This document shows positions 10,038 to 20,896 of a stretch of 64,000 nucleotides of DNA, in pieces. How positions within the stretch are numbered: the first letter of the stretch is position 1; the number at the start of each line of letters is the position of its first letter. This DNA is from Babesia bigemina (Eukaryota). A model generated the notes under the pieces. It did no database searches. It saw only the letters and a list, made by a program, of their open reading frames with translations, and was not told where the DNA came from. Location: the NCBI RefSeq assembly GCF_000981445.1, contig NC_027218.1, positions 3,100,001 through 3,164,000 of the forward strand. The letters are read 5' to 3'. The position numbers and the translations under genes were made by a program.

Positions 10038-11948
10038 TCACGCATCTGGTGCGACGCGCGTCTCGCTCTTCATTTGCAGGGTGTCGACGAGGGTCTTGGG
10101 CCAGCGGGTCCAGATGGTCTTTGCCAGGTTCACGGCAGGCGACTTCGCGAAGCCCGCTATGGTGGAGTCCACCGCGTATTCGTCGTCCTCCGTCGCCGAT
10201 TTGCGCAGCTCGCCGAGTTCCGTTTGCGAGATGTGTTTCACCGAGACCATGCTGAGCGGAGCCATGGAGTCCTGGCCGTTGTAGTGGAACAGCGTGACGT
10301 TCTCGTTGCGCCGTTCGCCCGACCGACTCGCCGTGCGTGATAAGTACCAGTCCATGAACGTGGTTTGCAGCACGAGGTTGGAGTCCGCAATGACGTGGTT
10401 GCACGCGTCCTTGTAGAGCGCGGTCACGCCCAGCATATCCAGGAGCGAGGGCAGCAGGTCCTTTGAAATGAACTTGTTGTCGTCGGGGTCCAGGCAACTC
10501 CACACCGTCAAAGCGTTGACGGAATGCATCTCCTCCTCAGTACGCTTGCAGTACTCCATGTTGAGTGCGAATAGCGCCGTGTAATGGCTGAAGCTGGCAA
10601 GCACCCACACGGGGAACTTGGGGTACTTGTAGTATGACCCCACTGCGCAGTGCCTGCTGGCCTCCCTCTCGCTGAGGAACCCCACGCAGCCTACGCCGGG
10701 GATGCCCTTGAGCTTGTAAGGCAGGGACTTATCGCCGTCTTGCAGCACCTTCTCCCCGTCGAAGACGTTGGAGACAGCCCGCCCCTGCAGCAGCAGGTTG
10801 ACGAGCTCCTGCGACGAGTGCCCGTAAATCCCCACCATGGGCATCGAGGGGTCGTCCATGTCGTTCCGCACGTTCTCCACGCCCCTGGTCGCGAGCACCG
10901 ATAGAGTTAGCGACATCACGCCCATCTCGCACATGAGCAGGTGCAGGTTCTTGAGTAGGTGCGAGGCCACTTGCGAGATGCTGTCGAACTCGACGTACAC
11001 GTAGTTCGAGCTGTACATTATTGCGTGCACTGCATTCGCCATGCTCTGCGCATCGTTACGAGGTCGGTGTTTTGCCGCTCACCTGGCGCTTCAGAGGCTC
11101 GAAGAGGATCACCTTGTAGTGCGAATCCGGAGTCGCGTTGTACAGTACGGCACACAAAGCCTCGAGAATCGCGGGTATGTGCAGCCACTCTGCAAGAAAT
11201 GTGACGACATATATCCACTGGCGACCCACCCTCCGGAAAGTCGGGGTGTTCCAGCTTTATGAAGTTGTAGTACACCTCGCGCAGCTCCATGAGCACGTTT
11301 TCGGGCGCGTCCGACTGCTGCATGAGCTCCAGGCTGCCGTAGATCCCGCCGTGGAAGAGCGTGCACTGGAGCATGTACGCCTGCACGGACGCGAGGACGC
11401 CGCACGGCCCGAGGTACTGCTGCTTCAGCCCCCAGAACAGCTTGGGGTTCTCCTGGAAGCAAAAACCCTGCTTGCACCACGACCTTATGTTTTCCGATGA
11501 CGCAGTCCGGTTTTCCTCCGTGCCGAACAACGTCTCCACCAGGTCGGCCAGCCGGTTGCGGGAGATGGTGGTGCTCGGCCTGGGCTCGACGCTGCCCGCA
11601 GGCGACGCGCTATGTGTGTTCTGCAGCAGCATGCACGCCTTCTCACGTCGCACTCACCAGTTCATGTGTGGCATCGACTTCGTTTTTGATGATCTTGTGG
11701 AAATGGTGCATCTGGTCTAGGATGAAGCTCATTGACACGGTGTCGTCAGCCCGCTTTTGCGCCCCGGATCGCCCATGCGCATCGTCCTTGAGGCTGTCGA
11801 AGAACCCTGAGGCGTGCGACCCGAACTTCTGGTTGGCCTGCGTGGTCCACTTGTACTCCTCCAGCGACAGCTTGAGGGCGAGCTGCAACTCATCGTCGTA
11901 GTCCATGGTTGCGGCTGGCTCGCCCGCGTCCTGGCCGTCCAGCGTCAT
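10038..11948 (-). CDS. MINDY-3/4 family deubiquitinase (DUF4205) with N-terminal UIM, multi-exon
   Basis: WGLKQQYLGPCGVLASVQAY (catalytic Cys), SQELVNLLLQGRAVSNVFDG, VGSYYKYPKFPVWVLASFSHYTALF (catalytic His), LFHYNG. UIM-like DDELQLALKLSLEE near the start. Confidence 0.88.
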
Positions 11949-12252
11949 TGTCACGCCTCACACAACGCAAATAAGCCCCGTGGAAACGTCTTGACATGCG
12001 TTTTCCTGCCCGAGTCGTGGCCAGTGCCTGTGGATCCGGAGGCACACCGCCGTTTCATCCAGTCTCGGGTAGTACTTCGCTGTCGGGGCGTGCTGGCATC
12101 TCTCGGGTGGCAGACTTCACTGGGTGTCCGTACAGACGCCAAAGTCAAGCAGGAGCGCCAGGAACGGCCGCAGATGTCATACACATCTGCGGGGTGTTGC
12201 TAGGCGGCGCGGTACTCGTGACGCCCGGATCGTTATGAGGGTGTGTCACAAT

Positions 12253-14141
12253 TTAAGCTAGTTCTTTAAATGTGAGTTGTCGTATCTGACCCTCTGCGGT
12301 GGTGCACGTCATCACCTGCGCGGAGATCCAGCAGGTCCCCGTACACCTGTCAGGTTCACCGTGGCTCGCGAAGGAAGCCTGCATTCGCAATGTGTACGCA
12401 ACAAAGCGCACTGCGCGCTTACCGTCTGCAGGGGAATCTTTATGGAGCGCCTGTCGAGCAGCACGGCGGTCCCGTCGAGCGCAACGGCAGACAGAAGGTT
12501 GGGATTTTCCGGGTTGACCTTGATGGCGGTAGCCGCCCGGCCGAACATGGCCGTAGACATCCTCAGCGTCAGGTTGCAGTTGGTGACGTCTGCGGGCGCC
12601 TTGGGAGACGCGCCGTCCCCTTTGCCCCGGAGCTCCCAAACGGCGACTGTGCCGTCATTGTACCCCGTGTAAATTTCCGCATGCGCCGCGTTGAAGTCGA
12701 AGCACGTTATCGCCTGGTTCAGTCGTGTAAAGTGCGTGCGAGGTCGCAGACTCACCCTGCTGCAGCCGTACGTCGCAAGCGCCGTTGCCCCTCTGGCATC
12801 CCACAGTGCGATGCTGCCGTCGATGGACGCGGATATCAGGACGGGCTCCGTAAGCTCCACGAACTTCAGCGCCTGCATTCACACCTATATTTGGCGGACA
12901 CGCCGCTCGTACCGTCACTGTCTTGGTGTGCTTCACCAGGGTGCTCACGGGTTCGATGGTGTCGCCTTCGATTGCCCTGCAAAGTTTATGGCGCAGGCTG
13001 GTGACGCAGCCTAACCTTTTGCCCGATTTCGGCTTGTCGCCCGCATTTTCGCGGTAGCGTTGCATGATCGCTGCCTGCGAACTGTTGCCGTCGTTGCATC
13101 CAATCACCCACATTATCATAAACCAGAATGTTACCGCTGCCTCCCGCGGCTGCCATAAGCGTCCCGTGCTCATCTATTGCGATTGCTTGTATGGTGTCGT
13201 GGTCGCTGCAGCGTTTTAGCCGTTTTGGCGCACGGGGACCTCACCTGTGGCTGGTGGCGACCAGGTTGCGATTGGCTTTTTTGCCCCTAGTTTCCAGGCA
13301 ATACACCTCCAGTAGCCCATTGATGTGACCACAAACGATTTCCAGGTGTTCGCCGAGCGCGCTGCACGTTTTTGGCGAATGGGTGCGCGACCAAAATCTA
13401 CCTCGAGCTGTGCAGGGCCACCGCGGTGGCCGACTTGTCCGGCGTGACGAACTCGTGGACCTTTTCGTTGCCGTCAGCGCCATACACCGACACGTTGCCG
13501 TCGAAGCACGATGTGGCGAATCGGCCTAACGAGTTGTTAAGCGGTTTCGTTGCAGGGAACGTTACCTAGGTGTCCGGTGAATGCGATGCCGGATATCCAG
13601 TCGTCAAGCATATCAACTTCCTCCTCTTCGGGCTCGGTTACGGCCAGCGTGTACACCAGCTTGATGGTGGTTTCGGACTCCACGTTGTGCTTCTCCAGTT
13701 TCCTGTGTCGTGTGCATCGCGCGGTTCGTTGCTGGACTCACTCTGCCAGCGTCGTCCTCAAAGGCTCGTCCCTGAAGAAAATGTCGAACGCCACCGGCTT
13801 CTCCAGGCCGAGCAGGTCGTTGATCATCTGCAAGCAGGTCAATAGCGTTCCGCATGCTGGGATTTCGGCCAGAACGAAGCGGGCGATTGCCCTTTTTTCA
13901 TCACGCTGTGTTGTCACAACTAACGACGATGGCGAACACCCCGCTAAATGCTAGCAGGATGCAGTCGCCGTATCACTTGCGTCACTTGGCGGTGGAAGCT
14001 TACCCTAGACAGGCCGGCACGGTCGATGGTCGTCGGCAGCATGAACGACGTATCGTCGAGGTCGAACTCCGGTCGCGTCCCATTTTCGAGTTCGGCCTGA
14101 ATCTCCGCCGCCACGGGCGCATTCTCCTTATCGTGTTCCAT
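12253..14141 (-). CDS. WDR12: Ribosome biogenesis WD40 protein WDR12/Ytm1 (NLE domain plus WD repeats), multi-exon
   Basis: Spliced N-terminus FMLPTTIDRAGLS / MINDLLGLEKPVAFDIFFRDEPLRTTLAE / ETTIKLVYTLA..DDWISGI matches the NLE/Ytm1 pattern. WD motifs follow (ISASIDGSIALWD, TGYNDGTVAVWE, LSAVALDGTAVLLD). Confidence 0.75.
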
Positions 14142-14749
14142 TGTGGGCACCAGAGTGGCACTCTGTCTTTGCCGCAGTTCGAGATACGGAAGTGAGCGTC
14201 AGCTCCGACGGCATCAACTCGCTTCAACGACGTCCGGTGTTATCACACATCGTCGTCAATACGGCCCTGTGTTGACGTCGTGCAGTTATGCGTTGCCTAC
14301 GCCGCCCGGCGCCGCGTCACGCAGCTGACGCGTATGTGTGGAAGGTGTTCGGATGGGGGTACGTTGTTTCCCCGTGATAACGTGCCCGCCGCCCACACCA
14401 TCATATATTTGTGCCCTCTGCGTCGTTGCAGAGGATTATACACGGGAGTGTCAGCACCGGTGTTCGGCGACGACTGTGTCGACATGCGGCCGCGTTTGCT
14501 TGTTGCTTAACATATATTGCAGCCTTTGTACGGTTACGGGCTGCATGGGCTTCCCTTCAGAGCTCAAAAAGGGGCCCGTGCGTAACCGTTGCAGTGGCGT
14601 TTGTCGTCTGTTACCCGTGCATTTGTTGGACCAAGTCCAGTGTTGTCTATTAGGTGTTGTAGTTTGGTAGTGTTGGCGCCGTGTACGGCGAGTTAAGATT
14701 TAAAACGAACTTGCATTGCGATGTTAACCGACGCTTACTTTTGGGCCAG

Positions 14750-17700
14750 ATGGTGACGACAGTCGGCATCAAGGGCAAGAAGCCCAAGGATGGCATCTAC
14801 GCCCTTAAGCAGCTGGTGCTCGAATCCGCGCCCCCTGAGTTCCTCCCGTTCAGGGAGGATGTGTTGGGGTATATTCGTAGCGTTGGCAGCGAGAGTGAGG
14901 CCAGCGATGTTTGGATTTCGAAGCTGGCGCCACGCCTGTTGGGTGACGATGAGCCCGTGCCAGACCTCGCTGCAGTCCACCGGGCGAGCGCCAAGCGTAG
15001 CGGCACTGCCAAGGGATCGAACGCCGACCTCAACGCAGCCGACGGCAGCGTACTGGCATCAGGTACGCCCGACGTGCGGCCGGCTTTGTCGGGGGATGCG
15101 CCGGTGCCCGAAGGCAATTCGTGGGATATCGAGAACGCCCTGGGTGCAGCCATCCACTCCTTCATGGCCGCCGGGGCGGCGAAGGCGCTGGGGAACACCA
15201 CCAGTTCGCATGCGCCACCTGCGACCCAGGGGACGCCGTTCGGCGCGCCGGGGGTGAGGTCCATGCAGTCGCAAGTGCTGGGCAACATAACTGAGAACCA
15301 GCGCAGGGCCTCGTTCGAGAAGCTGCTGGAGTCGTTGAACAACAGCGGCGACGATGAAAAGGATCCTTCGGGCCCCGCTCAAAAGGCGAAGCCTGCAACT
15401 GGTATGGATGGAGGTAAGGATGCACTTCCCGGCGGATTGGGCGCTGCCCTTACTCACGCAGCCACAACTCGTGTGGACAACGCCGCCGTGTTGGCGTCGA
15501 ATGCGATTAAATTGCCAGTGCCGCCACGTGTAAACCCCGTGCCGGCAGCTGTTGCAGTGGGCAGCATCGCGGGGGCCGGGCTTGGTTCCACGGCCGTGGT
15601 AGTAGATCCGTCCCAGTTGGCAGACCCCGCTGCCGCGCTCAGTAGGTCACATGCGCAGCCCGAGAAACAGGCCTTAGAGAGGGGAAAAGAACGTCCGCGT
15701 AGTGTCAGGGCAAAGAGTAAGGAATCTAGTCAGCCTGGCACGCCCTTTTCGCGTAAGGATGAAGTCATTGACTGCGGGTCTCCCGTGGTAGGGGAGCACC
15801 TGGCTGAGGTGGATACGGATCTTTTGGGAGGAGACGCGGCTGGGAAGCGTGGGCTGCGCAAGCTGAACGCGCGTCGGATTGTTGATCGGAAGTTGGTGTG
15901 GCCGCTGAACTGCTGGGTCTGCAGGGAGCCCATGGATCGTATGCACCCATACGTGGTCTGCAATTCCACTTGTAAGCGTGCGTACCACGCTTCCTGCGAG
16001 GCTATTGCTGCCCTCAAGCTCCGGTTGCAAATAAAGCCCATTGACGTGGAGACGCCCGCGCTGCCTCGGGGTCGAAGTGCCCGGGGCGCCGCCCGTGGGA
16101 GAGGCAGGAGCAGCGTCCGTGCAAGTAGCCGTAAGGGCAACGTGGGCGCTCCTGATTCCCTGAGCCCGGAACGTGTGCCCGGATCGGCGGATGGCAACTA
16201 CACGGCGGGCATGGAAGGCTCGAGCTTGCAAGAAGCGTACGCTTCGGCTGGACGTATTGGCTCCACCGACAGTGCACCCAGATTACGCGCAAGTGGTAGT
16301 GGTAGCGCTGCCAGCCGGGCTGGTTCCGTGAGTGAACATGCGACGGGCCTGTCAGGCAGGGATGCTTCTTTGCGGGGAATCGGCGCCGTTGACGGCACCC
16401 GTAATAGACATGCAGCAAACGATAACGACAAAAATGAGCTCGAGGTGTCAACAGAATGGCGCAAGCTGGTCCCGTCCTCGACCGGCTGGACCAGGGTGAC
16501 CCCCAACTGCATCTCCCGGGAGTGCAGCTTTTGCATAAATTCGTACGCGGGGTGTTCAGCGTGTTTCAAGTTCGTGGCCATAAAGGACCTGTGCCGCTGC
16601 GCCATGGATGGATGCTCGACCTTTTACTGCTACCCTGCCTGCCTGCGCCAAGTGCGCCTGGTCGTACCTGATGTGCAGATCATGGAGATACACCAGCTCG
16701 TTTACGGCAACGTCGATCGGCTGCTGGACGAGAACAAGCGGCCCATCTTCATCTGTCACGGCCACACGTGCTGGAGTTGCTACGACTGCGACCGCTACTC
16801 CTATTTGTGGGAGACCCTGTGGCGCATCGAGGCGAACCGCTCGGAGACGGACTACATGAACACGGCGTGGCAGGACCTGCGGAAGACGTGCCGCGGCAAA
16901 GTTGAGACCGCGCACTTCGCGAAGGGGAAGAAGCTAACACGCCCACTGGTGTACCCCGATCTGCGCTTGTACAAGACCTACATGCAGTCCCGACGCTTCG
17001 CAATCCACGGGGTGTCTGGCTCGACGGCATCGAAAACGCTCTACCCGCCATCCGACGACGAGGACCGCGCCACGTTCCACCAAGTGACCTCCAACGTGCT
17101 GATGCGTTGTGTGCGCTGTGAGCGGACGTGGTGCACGCACTGCCTGCATCCCGACGTGCGCATCCTCCAGAATTCCGGGAAGCAGATGATTTGCCAGGAC
17201 TGCATCCACGTCGAGATGGTGCAAGCGCTGTCTCAGGACCGCGTCGAACGTAGTTCGCAGCACGAGCTCATTGACCCCAAGGTCATGGTCCCCAGCAGGC
17301 ACCCACTGGATGTTTATAACACGGTGTCATCCTACATAGCCTCCCAGGGCCTCTACCAGAGCAAGCTTGCCGTTAAGCCCCATTTCCTGGACCCGGGGTC
17401 GTTTTACCACGTGCCAGACGCCGCTGAGCTGGCTGCGACGTGCCCGCGAAAGATTCGCTCTGATGCCGGGAAGACCCGAGCTCGTGGCGCTGCGGCTTCA
17501 AAGGCCGTCAACGCCGATGGCGCTGATAAAGTCAACGACTGCAAACGGGAGGCGATTGATGTGGTCCCGCGGGCAAAGGCGGACGGTGCAAGCGCTAGCG
17601 GAGGTAAGCGGGGCGCGCAAAACGGCCCCAAGGGCGAGAAATCTAGCGCTAACGCAACGGGCAGTGCCCCAGGTGTGAAAGGTGCCTCAGGGACTAAAAC

Positions 17701-20251
17701 GAATGTAGATACTAATGCGGCCACCACTCCGAAGAACTTGGTAAAAACGGAAGGCTCGAGTTCGGCGAGCCTGGGGAACGCAGGAGCCACGCGCGTAACT
17801 TCGGGAAGTGTGGATGGTGGTGCTGTAAACCAGCCCGCTATGGCCGAAAAAGCAAATGGAAGTGAACTTATCAGACAAGGTGGTATGGCCGCCGCTGTCA
17901 ACACCGTCTCTACCGGCCTAAACCTGTCGAACGCCATGGGGCAGCCTCCTGTCATGCCCGGGGGCCTGCCTAATCCAGCAGCGCAGGTTACTGCAGCCAT
18001 GTCGCCTACCAACGCTACACAGGCAGGTGCCGGCGGTGCACAAGTAGTCGTCGGTGAATTTGGCGCCAGCGTGGAGATACCCGTGGGATCTGCTGAGGCA
18101 CTCGACGGCCAACAGTTGCCTGCGCAGGGTGAAAAGCGCCGTCGGGGCCGTCCACGTAACAGCACGGAGAAGTCTCCGAGTTCAGCTCGCCAAGCCAAGC
18201 TTCCACAGGAGGGGGGCGACACACCGGTGCAGGAGGGCGAAGAGGTTCAACGCAGGAAATACGTTCGGCGCGCCAAGACTGAAAAAGGTCTCAAACCCGC
18301 CAAGACCACTAAGGCATCCAAATCCGGCCGTTCTGAAATGTCAAGCGACGACGAAGGGGATGCCAGGCCGAAGAGGGCTACACGGCCCACGGCAGTCCGC
18401 CATCCGCTGATCGCCTCGTCTCGACGCGAGCTGCGGGCGCAGGTCCGGACGCGCCTGAATCGTATGCACTCCAAGGAATTCAACGTCATGGTGCGCGAAG
18501 TCGACCCGTTGGTCGTTTTGCGTCTGTGCAGCGAGTTCCGCTACATGACCAGCAACCTCATTACGGATGACTCGCTGCGCTCGATATCAGGCGTGCAGGC
18601 GTCCACCAAATGCTCATGCACGTACGGATGCTCGTCCACCTGCGCAAACATCGCTCGCCACGTCGAGTGCAACAACGTGAACTGCAACCTGGGCGACTTC
18701 AACTGCGGCAACCGGCGCTTCAAGCACATGGGCATCCCGAAGCTGCGCCTGCGCATGGTCGAGGGCAAGGGAATGGGCGCGTTCGCGGCGGAGGACATCG
18801 ATGAGGACGAGCTGGTGTGCGAATACGTGGGGAGGGTGATTACGCAGGCGCAGTTCCAGCGCTGCGTGAGCAGCTGGAGCTTCGCCGAGCTGGACAACGC
18901 CAACCAGAGCCACTGGTACATCATGAAGGTGCACAAGGACGTGTACATCGACTCGACGAACATGGGCAACGTTGCGCGCTTCATCAACCACTCGTGCGAG
19001 CCCAACTGCTCGAGCGTGCCCTTCTACGTCAACGGCACCTTCCGCATGGGGGTGTTCGCCCAACGGCGCATCGCCAAGGGCGAGGAGGTGACGTACAACT
19101 ACGGGTTCTCCTCTCGTGGCGTCGGCGGCGGGTTCAAGTGCCTCTGCGGCGCTAAGAACTGCCGCGGGATAGTGGGTGTGCAGCCCGACACCACTGCCGA
19201 AACGCTGCAAGAAATCGAAATTGCGAAGGCCAGCGGCCTCGAGTACGATACCCTGAGCCAGCTCATGTACGACATCGCGTCCATGCACGGGTGCAAGAGC
19301 GATGTCAGCAGCATGAAGAACAGCCCGTCACCCATCGACATCCTCAACGGCATCCGGACCACTGGTGACCTCTACCGTTACGAGAAGTCACAAACGCGCC
19401 TCAGGCTCAAAGGCGAAAGCGACTTGGGGTCGGGGCTCGTCATGCCCATTAGCCCCGTCACCCTGGTGGTGGAGGACAGCATGCAGTTGAAACACTCGCA
19501 GCTGAACTACGCCAAGCTGCTGGTGCTCGGCGGCCGCACGATGAAGGAGTGGGACATGGCAAACACGAAGGAATTTGCGGCCGGCATCCCTTGGGGCATC
19601 ATCGCGCTCGAGAACAACAAGGCCACCATGACGAAGAGCTTGGAGTCCGGATGCGCGTTCCCCGACTTCTACTCCCGAGCCAAGCGCTACATACAGACGA
19701 TGTGCATGGCGCTGTCGCGCCAGTGCGCCGGCAACCAGGGCTGCGAGAACGTACAGAGCCTCATGGATCTGACCTGGGGCGCCACGGAACCCTGCTACGT
19801 GTGCAACGGCTACGGGGACTGCAAGAACTGCGACCACTGCGGCGACGTATTACACGACGATAACGCATGTGGCGATTTCTACGTGAACCGCGCCGGCATG
19901 AACCTCTGCAACGTCTGCCAGAACAGCGACCACCGGCTGGCGTGGCTGCTCTCCAGCGACATCGCCAAGGAGTCGATGGCCATGAGGCTGTGGCGGCTCC
20001 GGATGGAAATGGCTTACCGTCAGTCGCGCGCGACGTTCCGGTCGCTGGTGGCGCAGCACAAGGCCTCGGCTAACGAGAGCGCGGAGACCGGTGGCTCACA
20101 GTCCCGCGTCTACCTCCGCCCTGAGGCGTTGCTGTGCACGCGGCGCGAGTTGGAGCGGTTCAACAAGAGCCCCACGGCCTTCTACGACATGCAGGTGAAG
20201 TACCACACCCAGTGCCAGAACGCGCTGAGCAACTACGAGTGCTTCTGGTGA
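14750..20251 (+). CDS. PHD-finger plus AWS/SET/post-SET histone-lysine methyltransferase (NSD/ASH1/SET2 class)
   Basis: Single long ORF (first ATG 14750). Contains PHD-like Cys/His clusters, AT-hook RRRGRPR (~18134-18157), AWS, SET (GKGMGAFA, VCEYVGRVI, IDSTNMGNVARFINHSCEPNC, GEEVTYNY), post-SET CLCGAKNCRGIVG and a C-terminal PHD-like finger. Confidence 0.92.
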   Translation: MVTTVGIKGKKPKDGIYALKQLVLESAPPEFLPFREDVLGYIRSVGSESEASDVWISKLAPRLLGDDEPVPDLAAVHRASAKRSGTAKGSNADLNAADGSVLASGTPDVRPALSGDAPVPEGNSWDIENALGAAIHSFMAAGAAKALGNTTSSHAPPATQGTPFGAPGVRSMQSQVLGNITENQRRASFEKLLESLNNSGDDEKDPSGPAQKAKPATGMDGGKDALPGGLGAALTHAATTRVDNAAVLASNAIKLPVPPRVNPVPAAVAVGSIAGAGLGSTAVVVDPSQLADPAAALSRSHAQPEKQALERGKERPRSVRAKSKESSQPGTPFSRKDEVIDCGSPVVGEHLAEVDTDLLGGDAAGKRGLRKLNARRIVDRKLVWPLNCWVCREPMDRMHPYVVCNSTCKRAYHASCEAIAALKLRLQIKPIDVETPALPRGRSARGAARGRGRSSVRASSRKGNVGAPDSLSPERVPGSADGNYTAGMEGSSLQEAYASAGRIGSTDSAPRLRASGSGSAASRAGSVSEHATGLSGRDASLRGIGAVDGTRNRHAANDNDKNELEVSTEWRKLVPSSTGWTRVTPNCISRECSFCINSYAGCSACFKFVAIKDLCRCAMDGCSTFYCYPACLRQVRLVVPDVQIMEIHQLVYGNVDRLLDENKRPIFICHGHTCWSCYDCDRYSYLWETLWRIEANRSETDYMNTAWQDLRKTCRGKVETAHFAKGKKLTRPLVYPDLRLYKTYMQSRRFAIHGVSGSTASKTLYPPSDDEDRATFHQVTSNVLMRCVRCERTWCTHCLHPDVRILQNSGKQMICQDCIHVEMVQALSQDRVERSSQHELIDPKVMVPSRHPLDVYNTVSSYIASQGLYQSKLAVKPHFLDPGSFYHVPDAAELAATCPRKIRSDAGKTRARGAAASKAVNADGADKVNDCKREAIDVVPRAKADGASASGGKRGAQNGPKGEKSSANATGSAPGVKGASGTKTNVDTNAATTPKNLVKTEGSSSASLGNAGATRVTSGSVDGGAVNQPAMAEKANGSELIRQGGMAAAVNTVSTGLNLSNAMGQPPVMPGGLPNPAAQVTAAMSPTNATQAGAGGAQVVVGEFGASVEIPVGSAEALDGQQLPAQGEKRRRGRPRNSTEKSPSSARQAKLPQEGGDTPVQEGEEVQRRKYVRRAKTEKGLKPAKTTKASKSGRSEMSSDDEGDARPKRATRPTAVRHPLIASSRRELRAQVRTRLNRMHSKEFNVMVREVDPLVVLRLCSEFRYMTSNLITDDSLRSISGVQASTKCSCTYGCSSTCANIARHVECNNVNCNLGDFNCGNRRFKHMGIPKLRLRMVEGKGMGAFAAEDIDEDELVCEYVGRVITQAQFQRCVSSWSFAELDNANQSHWYIMKVHKDVYIDSTNMGNVARFINHSCEPNCSSVPFYVNGTFRMGVFAQRRIAKGEEVTYNYGFSSRGVGGGFKCLCGAKNCRGIVGVQPDTTAETLQEIEIAKASGLEYDTLSQLMYDIASMHGCKSDVSSMKNSPSPIDILNGIRTTGDLYRYEKSQTRLRLKGESDLGSGLVMPISPVTLVVEDSMQLKHSQLNYAKLLVLGGRTMKEWDMANTKEFAAGIPWGIIALENNKATMTKSLESGCAFPDFYSRAKRYIQTMCMALSRQCAGNQGCENVQSLMDLTWGATEPCYVCNGYGDCKNCDHCGDVLHDDNACGDFYVNRAGMNLCNVCQNSDHRLAWLLSSDIAKESMAMRLWRLRMEMAYRQSRATFRSLVAQHKASANESAETGGSQSRVYLRPEALLCTRRELERFNKSPTAFYDMQVKYHTQCQNALSNYECFW

Positions 20252-20896
20252 CTGCAGCGTGTCGCGACAACTTCTAACATCGGTAATACTAAAGCTTGAC
20301 CATATAATACGTCAATTGGCGGGGTATTCGTCATCACGCAGCTGCACCAGCTGTATTGGCCACGTATAGGCGTTTACGGCGGCGTTACTGGCGTCGCATG
20401 GCCGTTCTTTCACGACCGGTCATGCCACTGCTTGTTATAGGGGAGGCCATAGTATCGGAATAGCGTCGTGTGGTTCCCTAGGCGTTCTCAACAACTCTAT
20501 TGGAGGGTACGAAGCGCCTGTCTGCCAGAGCCTTTCTCACAAACGGAGTCGCGGCCGGTTCCGTTGGGGCCAATCGGTGTCGAGCCAAACACAGGTACTC
20601 GACGGCGTAGTCGCATCCAGCAGCAGCTACAGACGATTCCGATAGCCGTGTTTGCGCAATTTAGAATATAGAAGTCAAAGTGTGTGGCACATACGTGACT
20701 CCACCGGCGATCGTGTGTAGTGCCTTCGTAGACACGTTGCTTCGGGCAGCCCGTTTTGCCGGGACCGCGCCGCCGCAGAAGGCTCCGTAATTTAGACGCA
20801 GACACGCTGTATTCGCACGGCTATTAATCCGCGCCTGTCTGGGAAGATGCTTGTGGTTTTGTAACGGCGCCTTCCATCGCACGGTAGACAGGAAAG

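Noticed and set aside
5500..11948. Functional cluster of Ub/UBL proteases (UFSP2 and MINDY)
   Set aside because: Only two genes, separated by an unrelated one; no evidence beyond proximity.
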